NCBI GenBank assembly: GCA_048939995.1
Contig: JBHLOY010000027.1
Span: 1-20,562, forward strand
Direction: 5' to 3'
DNA length: 20,562 nucleotides
Source: Promethearchaeota archaeon
GTDB lineage: Archaea; Asgardarchaeota; Lokiarchaeia; Sigyniarchaeales; SOKP01
The position numbers were made by a program, and so were the translations under genes. Within the stretch, counting starts at the first letter, position 1. Each line of letters starts with the position of its first letter. This document shows positions 8,377-15,678 of this stretch, piece after piece. The notes under the pieces were generated by a model. It was not told the DNA's origin and did not search any database. It worked only from the letters and a program-made list of their open reading frames with translations.

Positions 8377-9483
8377 ATGATAGAAGATTTATTAATAATA
8401 AACGAATCTGGAGCTTTGTTATTTCATTGGGCACCTAACGTAAGTAAAAAGGAAAGCCAACCAGATTTGTTAAGTGGTTTTTTAACTGCAATAGACAGTT
8501 TTGCTTCCGTGGAGAGAGGAGAAGATATTAAATCACTTAAACTCAGAGAAACACAGATCATATTTGAAAAATCCTATGAGAATTTACAAAAAATTACATT
8601 TGTAATAACCACAAAATCTGAACACTTAATTGAGCTTTTACATTCGATTATACACGAAGTTCAAACTAGATTTATAGAAATCTTTAAGGAAGAATTGAAT
8701 AAGGAATTTGATGGAGAAATTACAAAATTTCAAAGCTTTGAAAAAGAGATTTCACAGATAATGATTTCACATGGGATGGATGTGCTAGCTGAATCAGTTG
8801 AAAGAATCGACAGCAATGATATTTTGAAATCAATCATGTTAATTGAACCTAGAAGTGGTTCAATATTCTTTATCCACGCAAAAGAGTATGTAAATAAGGA
8901 AAAAATTAGTTTCCTAATTCCATTACTATTAAATTCTGGACATTTATTATATCAGAAAAACCTTAATGAAAATTTAAGATGGATTCTCATTAATAATGTC
9001 CAGAATGAAAATTTAATAGTGGAACCAAGAAAAAAAATAATAATTGTAAAACAATTTAAATTGGCCTATAATTTTGAAAAAGAGTTTCTAAGTTTAGAAT
9101 TTTTCAAAGAGAAGGACAAATATGTTAAAAAACCCCAAAAATTAAGTGAAAAATTTGAAACTATTAAATGGGATCTAAAATTAAAACAAATCTTCTTAGT
9201 CGATTTAGTAGGAAAAATTTTCTATCAAAAAATGTTTGATGTTGCTTATGATTGCTCTGAATATATTCCTGAAGCCATCAGTCTTTTGACATCATCAAAG
9301 AAGGTAAGTGAAGATGTATATAATAAAAAGTTATTTAATGCTGTAATTGGAGGAGAAAGAATCGTAACCATTTGTCTTAACTTTAACAATTTTGCACTAA
9401 TTTTAATCGGAAATGTTAAAGATTTTAATGAGTTCACATATATTCAAGATACATGCATAAACATTTTTAGACAATTAAAATAA
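8377..9483 (+). CDS. Longin domain protein with two further roadblock/longin-like domains
   Basis: The N-terminus MIEDLLIINESGALLF...DLLSGFLTAIDSFA...FDGEITKF is longin-like. Similar beta-hairpin-G starts recur at LKSIMLIEPRSGSIFF and LKQIFLVDLVGKIFY. Confidence 0.7.
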   Translation: MIEDLLIINESGALLFHWAPNVSKKESQPDLLSGFLTAIDSFASVERGEDIKSLKLRETQIIFEKSYENLQKITFVITTKSEHLIELLHSIIHEVQTRFIEIFKEELNKEFDGEITKFQSFEKEISQIMISHGMDVLAESVERIDSNDILKSIMLIEPRSGSIFFIHAKEYVNKEKISFLIPLLLNSGHLLYQKNLNENLRWILINNVQNENLIVEPRKKIIIVKQFKLAYNFEKEFLSLEFFKEKDKYVKKPQKLSEKFETIKWDLKLKQIFLVDLVGKIFYQKMFDVAYDCSEYIPEAISLLTSSKKVSEDVYNKKLFNAVIGGERIVTICLNFNNFALILIGNVKDFNEFTYIQDTCINIFRQLK

Positions 9484-9562
9484 TATAAATGAAATTTTTA
9501 TATTAGAGAAAATAATTTCTTTTATTTATAATGTTTTTTAAGATGCAATTTAATCATTTTGA

Positions 9563-10627
9563 GTGAAAGATATTATGTCTTTACAAATATGGACTGAATT
9601 AATGATTTTACAAACGATTATAGGCTATTCGTTCGCATTGGCTAATGAATTTATTGGTTTATACAACATTAAGGATTTAAACCTAATGAAAGGAGATTTT
9701 ATTGTTGTTAAATACCATAAAAGATATGGATGGATAGAACTATCACTTTTTTACGTATTATTTGCCCAATGTATGTATGCCTTATATTTACATATCATAG
9801 CAGCTGATCCGTATCTTCTAATACCTTCTGGAGTATGGGCTCATACGTGGATCGGTGGTCTAATTGCTACTATTCTCGTCACATTTAAATTTATAGTTGC
9901 TCGATTTAAAAAAGATCAAATATATTTATACGGGATGTATATTGGACCTATTGGTTTTTTAGGGTGGAGTTTAGCGCATTGGACAAGTCTTTTTAACTTT
10001 TATTATATTGTTGTACCAGCTTGGACATTATTAGGAATCTCACCTCTTATTGTACCTGATTCATTTATTTGGGCCGCGATTATTCCATTTATTATTGGTT
10101 CAGGGTTGTTTCTCCTGGTTTTGTTTAGACGGGGTTCCCGAATGAAAGAGAAGGCACGCTTTGCTTTTAATCAGATCGCCTTCTTATTACATGGTGTAAC
10201 TTTCGGCTACGAGAAATCTGCGAAAGATTTACTAGGTACTCCAGCTATTTTTAAATATGTTATACCTAGAACCTATGAATTTATTGAAAAGATGATGGCA
10301 ATGTCAGGCTTTGATATGAAAAAGCTTGAAAAAATGAATCTTCCCGATGCTCTTAAAGAATTTATGAAAATGGCGGAAAGAATCGGTATGGCTGAAAAAA
10401 TAAAAATAAAATGGGAGTCTGATAAATCATTTACAATTGAATCTGTAAATTGTTCAACTGCACAAGTTAGAAGTGTAATGACAAAAGAAGAATTAACTAA
10501 TGCAGTATGTCCCTGGGCCATTTTTGCGGCCTCTATTGCAAATAAAATAACAGGAAAAGAATTAAAAATGGAACCTTCAGATTTTAATGAAATTGGGGCA
10601 ATTACAAAGTTAACCCTAACGGACTAG
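9563..10627 (+). CDS. Polytopic His-containing (putative heme b) membrane protein fused to a C-terminal V4R/MetOD1-like domain; start may be ATG 9575
   Basis: About 5 hydrophobic helices in aa 1-190 with H52, H77, H94 and H139. The soluble tail carries FTIESVNC...CPWA. Confidence 0.6.
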   Translation: MKDIMSLQIWTELMILQTIIGYSFALANEFIGLYNIKDLNLMKGDFIVVKYHKRYGWIELSLFYVLFAQCMYALYLHIIAADPYLLIPSGVWAHTWIGGLIATILVTFKFIVARFKKDQIYLYGMYIGPIGFLGWSLAHWTSLFNFYYIVVPAWTLLGISPLIVPDSFIWAAIIPFIIGSGLFLLVLFRRGSRMKEKARFAFNQIAFLLHGVTFGYEKSAKDLLGTPAIFKYVIPRTYEFIEKMMAMSGFDMKKLEKMNLPDALKEFMKMAERIGMAEKIKIKWESDKSFTIESVNCSTAQVRSVMTKEELTNAVCPWAIFAASIANKITGKELKMEPSDFNEIGAITKLTLTD

Positions 10628-10665
10628 GGTCTTAATAAGAAACAGGAAAAAGATTGTAAAAAATT

Positions 10666-10830
10666 TCAAACCTCCTTATTTTTTTTAACTTTTACATTCG
10701 TTCTTTGAATCCCAACTTCCTTGCTACTTGGTAGCGCAGTACCACAGTGATCTCGTCTTCCTTCGTTAGCCTTAAAAGCCTTTTCTAATTCCTCTTCTAA
10801 TTCATCATCATCAATTTCTTTTTCTGGCAT
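10666..10830 (-). CDS. 54-aa small protein (not in ORF track)
   Basis: ATG 10830 to TGA 10666: MPEKEIDDDELEEELEKAFKANEGRRDHCGTALPSSKEVGIQRTNVKVKKNKEV. It is GC-richer than the flanking spacers and fills the gap after the FTR gene. Confidence 0.68.
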   Translation of the reverse strand: MPEKEIDDDELEEELEKAFKANEGRRDHCGTALPSSKEVGIQRTNVKVKKNKEV

Positions 10831-10900
10831 AATAAGAAAAGAGAAAGAGTAATATTTAAGGATTATATTTATAAAAAATTGAACAAAGTAGTAGAATTAT

Positions 10901-11272
10901 TTATTTCTCTTTATTAAAGAATTCTAATACAGCTTTTTCTTTTTCAACTGGTCTTCTTTCTGGTACATGAACAAATTCTTTATCAATTGTTTTATAAAAA
11001 TCAGTACGCATGTATAAGTTACAATAACAAGCACCATAATCTTTCACATCTAATGAAGAATATTCGCATGGACAGATTAAATCACGATCTAAATCACGTT
11101 TACCGGAAGCAAGGCGACAAGGACAAGACTGATATCCATATCTTTTTTTATTCACTACTAAACCATCAATTAATTCATTAAGTGTATTTTTATCCTTATT
11201 TAAAATCCACTTATTTTTTTCACTCACTCGCTTAACATATTCTTCCATTCCTTCAAAAGTTTCCATATTCAT
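10901..11272 (-). CDS. Ferredoxin:thioredoxin reductase catalytic (beta) subunit
   Basis: YGYQSCPCRL, ICPC and GACYCNLY give the CPC/CPC/CxC FTR signature. The ATG at 11272 sits 1 nt after the upstream stop (track start 11284). Confidence 0.93.
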   Translation of the reverse strand: MNMETFEGMEEYVKRVSEKNKWILNKDKNTLNELIDGLVVNKKRYGYQSCPCRLASGKRDLDRDLICPCEYSSLDVKDYGACYCNLYMRTDFYKTIDKEFVHVPERRPVEKEKAVLEFFNKEK

Positions 11273-11273
11273 T

Positions 11274-11627
11274 TTACATATCACTCTCCTTCATTATTTC
11301 TTCATATTTGTTAGGGTCGTATCCTACTACAAATTTATTATCACAAACTAAAAATGGATATGCAATTCTATCTGGTTTGTAATTTTCTCTTAAAAACTCT
11401 AATATTTTAGCCTTATCTTGGTAACTTATCTGATCGATATCGATATATTTATACTTAATATTTCTGTCATTTAAATAGGCTTTGCACTTCTTACACCATT
11501 GACAGGTACTGATTGTGAAAATACTTACATCATGCGTATCTTTCTTGCCCTCAACGTCCTTAAAAAACTTCGAAATAAACTCTGGGAACACTTTTTTCAC
11601 TCCTTGTTTTACATTTAAATTTTCCAA
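11274..11627 (-). CDS. Glutaredoxin/NrdH-like protein
   Basis: STCQWCKK active site, AYP cis-Pro loop and VVGY; adjacent to the FTR gene. Confidence 0.88.
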   Translation of the reverse strand: MENLNVKQGVKKVFPEFISKFFKDVEGKKDTHDVSIFTISTCQWCKKCKAYLNDRNIKYKYIDIDQISYQDKAKILEFLRENYKPDRIAYPFLVCDNKFVVGYDPNKYEEIMKESDM

Positions 11628-11635
11628 TTTAATGA

Positions 11636-12091
11636 TTATTTACTTTTACTATTTTTTAAATTTTGTTTGAAATTTGGATCTATACACTCAAAAGCTTGTT
11701 CAGTTAATCGCTTTATATCTGCATCACAACTTTTTAAGAGGACTCCTAAATGTTGTAAGGCTCTTTTATCCCCTATCTTCATTAAACTCTCAACAATTAA
11801 AAATAAGAGTGTTTTATCTTGTTCTGCTTCTGATTTTTCCAATTCTATCTTTAAAAATTCTACTATTGGCATCGTAGCTTTAGGATCCCTAATTTCACCC
11901 ATTGCTTCAATAATTCTATTAATAACAACAGCATCTTTTTCTGAATTTAAAGCTTTAACAAGTAAGTTGGTGGCTCTTCCCTCTTTAATATGACCTAGAG
12001 TTATAGCAGCAGTTGCTCTTTCCATAACTTTGCCATGAAATAAATTTTTCATTGCTAAGTTAAACTCGTTCATCTGAGTATCAAAATCCAT
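11636..12091 (-). CDS. HEAT-repeat (PBS-lyase-like) protein
   Basis: Repeats AAITLGHIKEGRA, IEAMGEIRDPKA and VESLMKIGDKRA. Confidence 0.85.
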   Translation of the reverse strand: MDFDTQMNEFNLAMKNLFHGKVMERATAAITLGHIKEGRATNLLVKALNSEKDAVVINRIIEAMGEIRDPKATMPIVEFLKIELEKSEAEQDKTLLFLIVESLMKIGDKRALQHLGVLLKSCDADIKRLTEQAFECIDPNFKQNLKNSKSK

Positions 12092-12310
12092 ATGATCCTA
12101 AGAAATTTGAAACATTAAAATTTGATTTTTATAAATTATTAAATCTACTCCTAAAATAGAATAATATTAAGGTTATTCATTAGAAATTTCTATTAATAAT
12201 ATTTTTCGAAAATATAAATAAATAAAATGGATGATTAAGACTAACAAAAACAATTTGATATAAAATCAAGATTAACTTTTATATTATTTAGATTAGGATC
12301 TAATTTCGTT

Positions 12311-13393
12311 TTGAAAATGTCTAGCAAGTCAATTTCTATTCCACCTAATGTTTCAAGTGAATCAATCCTATGTTTATCATATTTTGATTCAATTATTGGA
12401 CCCACTATATTCTATAGCAGCTCACCTATAGATAAGAAAGAACATCCGGATATAGGTAGAATTCTTGAATTTCAAGAAACTGAAGGTAGCTTTATTTTCT
12501 CTTATCGTAAGTATCAAACCATTAATCATATTTTTTATATCGATTCAGAATTCGCTCGAGGTGGAAAAGATCTTTTAATGATAACCTATATGATAAAAGC
12601 GGCTTACTTTAAGGGTGAGATTTCAGACGTTTATAGATATATAGAGTCAAAAATACCAGAACTAGAGGATCTAGCGCGAGATCTTAATAACTTAAAAGCC
12701 TTGCCTGGAATTCTCCATAGTGAAAAAAGTAGAAAAATACGACAAGATTTACTTAGTTTAGGTTCACAAGATTTTCAAAATCAGTTCTTAGAACTTTTTT
12801 ATAAATATTATCAAAAAATTTCTCCCGAAATTCCAGTTCCAACACCTCTAATCGCAAGGGGAGCATTAAAAAAGCTATACATATTTGGACCGCCCAAATC
12901 AGGAAAAACAACACTATTGAAAAATTTGGAGGTAATTCAATTTCTTGAATATAAAGACCCTGAGAAAAAGAGAGATTTGATAAATAAAATCTATGACTTT
13001 ATTATTGAAAACATCGAAATCCTAACATATGAGTGTATTGATGAAGACCGTGAAGGAAAGCAGTTGAAACTCTATGAACAATGCCTAGACAATGCTCAAG
13101 GATTTGTACTAATCTTTAATGCTTCCAAAAAAGATTCTCTAGAAGATACGATTGATATGTTTAATATAATATTAAATAGATGTTTAGATAAGGGCATATT
13201 TATGCCTATTTTAATTATTGGTAATAAATTTTATAATAAAGAGGAAATTAAACCAGAAGATATCTATGAACACTTTAATATAACCGAATTAGCAAACTGT
13301 GGAATGATAGTTCATTATTCCGCAATTAATGTCCTAAATGAGGATGAGAAGATTATTGAAGCTTTAAGATGGATTTTGAAGCAACTAATTTAA
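12311..13393 (+). CDS. Longin/uDENN (folliculin/C9orf72-like) domain fused to a degenerate small-GTPase domain; start may be ATG 12317
   Basis: N-terminal LSYFDSIIGP and NHIFYIDSEFARGG motifs. The G domain has G1 GPPKSGKTT, AQGFVLIFN, ILIIGNKFY and YSAIN, but no DxxG. Confidence 0.8.
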   Translation: MKMSSKSISIPPNVSSESILCLSYFDSIIGPTIFYSSSPIDKKEHPDIGRILEFQETEGSFIFSYRKYQTINHIFYIDSEFARGGKDLLMITYMIKAAYFKGEISDVYRYIESKIPELEDLARDLNNLKALPGILHSEKSRKIRQDLLSLGSQDFQNQFLELFYKYYQKISPEIPVPTPLIARGALKKLYIFGPPKSGKTTLLKNLEVIQFLEYKDPEKKRDLINKIYDFIIENIEILTYECIDEDREGKQLKLYEQCLDNAQGFVLIFNASKKDSLEDTIDMFNIILNRCLDKGIFMPILIIGNKFYNKEEIKPEDIYEHFNITELANCGMIVHYSAINVLNEDEKIIEALRWILKQLI

Positions 13394-13423
13394 AATGTTA
13401 TGTTTTTATAGATAGTTAATTAG

Positions 13424-13696
13424 CTTCAGAAATTACAGTTATACCATCAAGAAATTGGAAATTCTGATGCTAGTAAATTTGTACATGAAGGATCATGGCA
13501 TACTGATGAAATGGGTATTATTAATATATCAAATCTTGCATGTTCAGAAAAAAAACTTCTGATTATTGAACAAGAGCAATGGTTATCACAGACTTGGCGA
13601 TTTAAGCCATTACTGCGCCAAAAGATAAGAAGAACTATTAAACTTTAGAAAAGTGAAGAAGTAGAGAAAAAAGGATCAGAATACCTAATTCATTAA
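13424..13696 (+). pseudogene. Possible degraded gene remnant or 45-aa ORF (ATG 13511 to TAG 13648)
   Basis: A stop-free 74-codon frame with protein-like composition, continuing in frame past a TAG to TAA at 13696. No family recognised. Confidence 0.3.
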
Positions 13697-13916
13697 ATTT
13701 AAAGATTCAAACATACTTTTTACAGAAAAATATAGAAAGGGAAACTTGATTTCTTATTATCATGTTTATTCTTCTTGAAGAATACAACAGTATTTACTCC
13801 TAATTGATTCTCCTACCGAGTTCTAATTTAAGCTTTAAATAATCATTAACTGTGAATTCAATTTTCCTACGTTTGAATTTTAATATTTCTGGACGGTTTG
13901 AGATCTCTAATCTGTT

Positions 13917-13933
13917 TTGAGAATATTTCTCAA
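13917..13933. promoter_or_regulatory. Inverted repeat TTGAGAA-TAT-TTCTCAA, candidate operator
   Basis: Perfect 7-3-7 inverted repeat about 60 bp upstream of the glutaredoxin-like gene. Confidence 0.35.
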
Positions 13934-13994
13934 TTAAATTTTTTTTCTACTTTTCACTGTTTATATTATTATTAATCTTTTATTGTGAGTTCAT

Positions 13995-14291
13995 ATGTCA
14001 GAGATGAAAATTCCGATTATTATTACAAAAGAAGGTTGTCACCGTTGCCAAGAACTTAAGAAGTGGCTTAATGAAAATGATGTTAAATATGTAGAACGCG
14101 ATTTAAATGACGAAGAATTTGTCCACGAACTCCTGCATGATGATAACTTTCTTAAAACCTTTTGCGACACTGAGGGTTGTATAGTCAATACGCCCGTTGT
14201 AATAATGAAAGGAAAATATTGGTTTAAGGAGCTTTGGGGAGTAGATGGGCTCCGTCAAAAAGAAGCTAAAAAGTTATTCGGTGCTAAATGA
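13995..14291 (+). CDS. Glutaredoxin-like protein
   Basis: ITKEGCHRCQELKKWL active site and NTP cis-Pro loop, plus an extra FCDTEGC pair. Confidence 0.8.
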   Translation: MSEMKIPIIITKEGCHRCQELKKWLNENDVKYVERDLNDEEFVHELLHDDNFLKTFCDTEGCIVNTPVVIMKGKYWFKELWGVDGLRQKEAKKLFGAK

Positions 14292-14296
14292 GTAAA

Positions 14297-14917
14297 TTAA
14301 GATACATCTTCATTTTTTTTTTTATTTTTAAATTCGGCTAATCTTTTAATAACTTTCCTAATTGTTCTTAGACCTTCTTCATCTTGTTCAGTCCCCTCTT
14401 TTCCTTTATCTCTGGTCCATAGACTAGCTCCTAAATTTGCCCCAAATGCTCCTCCAGAAACAGAAATAATGTGGTTTTGCTGGAAGAAGTCTAAAATACT
14501 CCTAATTGCAATTTCTTGTCCTCCACTCCGATCTCCTCCCACTGCTATGGCCATACCGATTTTATTTTTGAAGACGTTAGGGTTTTTGGCTAGTAATGCT
14601 CGACATCGATCTATTACTGTTTTTAGTTGACCAGATAAATTTCCTTGAAAAATAGGAGTTCCAAATATCAAGAAATTTGCATTTTCTAATTTTGGATATA
14701 GTTCTTGTAAATCATCTTGATGAACGCACCCTTTCTTTTCACGTATACAATAGTCGCAGTGATTACAAAACTTAATAGCTTTATTTCTAACTGTCCAGAA
14801 TTCAGTTTCAAATTGATATTTTTCTGCAGCATATTTCAATGCATATTGAACAGCAAATTCAGTACCTTGATTTCGAGGGCTACCTGATATTCCTAGCAAT
14901 AAGTTCTTTTCATCCAT
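14297..14917 (-). CDS. Iron-sulfur flavoprotein (Isf; multimeric flavodoxin family)
   Basis: GISGSPR, CNHCDYC-x6-C compact 4Fe-4S motif, GTPIF and GGDRSGGQE. Confidence 0.9.
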   Translation of the reverse strand: MDEKNLLLGISGSPRNQGTEFAVQYALKYAAEKYQFETEFWTVRNKAIKFCNHCDYCIREKKGCVHQDDLQELYPKLENANFLIFGTPIFQGNLSGQLKTVIDRCRALLAKNPNVFKNKIGMAIAVGGDRSGGQEIAIRSILDFFQQNHIISVSGGAFGANLGASLWTRDKGKEGTEQDEEGLRTIRKVIKRLAEFKNKKKNEDVS

Positions 14918-15002
14918 AATAATATTACATTTTTTATCTTCTATTTATAATTACTAATTATTTCTAAAAAACATTTTAAATCTATAAAAACTACTCATTT
15001 CA

Positions 15003-15656
15003 ATGGATTCAAGCAAAACAAGTTTAGCAAGGATTAAAATTAAATTTCCAGAGGAAATATGGATATCAGAAATTTTCAGCATTTTTCACGATGTAAAAAT
15101 GGAAATTGAATACTTTCTTCCTTATGATATTGAAAATTCTATTGGTAATTCCATTATTGAAATCTTTCATTACGATATTGATTCCATTATTAGTAAAATA
15201 AGAACTCATAAATCCGTAATTGAATTCAGTTTATTAGAAAAAGAAAATAACAGAGTAAAATTTAATGTAAAAACCAAAGATCCATACTTACTGTATGCTT
15301 TGATTAAATGCGGGGTTTTAGTTAATTTTCCGGTTAATGTAAGAAATGGATATGCATATTGGAGGCTTATCGCTAAAAGAGAAAGCATAGATCAGCTTTT
15401 AACCCTCTTTGAGAAGAATAATATTGAATCAGAATTATTGAAGATTGGGAACTCACCTTATATTATTGATGAAGATAAGAATAAACTAACTTTTGAGGAA
15501 TCAAATGTATTAGCTAAAGCGATATCATTAGGATTCTTTGAAATTCCTCGTAAAATATCATTAGAGGATCTAGCAAATAAATTAGGGAAGTCCAAATCAG
15601 CTCTATCTGTAATGCTAAGAAAAATTATCAAAAAGAAAGTATTATTCGAAGAATAA
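15003..15656 (+). CDS. Bat/HTH_10-type transcriptional regulator
   Basis: C-terminal LTFEESNVLAKAISLGFFEIPRKISLEDLANKLGKSKSALSVMLRK; divergent from isf. Confidence 0.88.
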   Translation: MDSSKTSLARIKIKFPEEIWISEIFSIFHDVKMEIEYFLPYDIENSIGNSIIEIFHYDIDSIISKIRTHKSVIEFSLLEKENNRVKFNVKTKDPYLLYALIKCGVLVNFPVNVRNGYAYWRLIAKRESIDQLLTLFEKNNIESELLKIGNSPYIIDEDKNKLTFEESNVLAKAISLGFFEIPRKISLEDLANKLGKSKSALSVMLRKIIKKKVLFEE

Positions 15657-15678
15657 TTAAAGAAAGTTTTAAAAAAAA

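Noticed and set aside
12255-12269. TTGAT-N5-ATCAA resembling an FNR box
   Set aside because: The spacer is 5 rather than 4 nt, it overlaps a TATA-like TTGATATAA also seen at other promoters, and no CRP/FNR gene is in the window.
13400-13696. TAG recoding (pyrrolysine or alternative code) to explain the in-frame TAGs
   Set aside because: TAG serves as a normal stop for 6175..7212 and 9563..10627, no pyl genes are present, and decay or chance is simpler.
4494-14291. Selenocysteine (UGA) recoding in the redox genes
   Set aside because: All CxxC, CCG and CPC sites use ordinary Cys codons. The TGA stops (PDO copy 2, the 54-aa ORF, the Grx-like gene) fall at natural C-termini, and no SECIS-like element was recognised.
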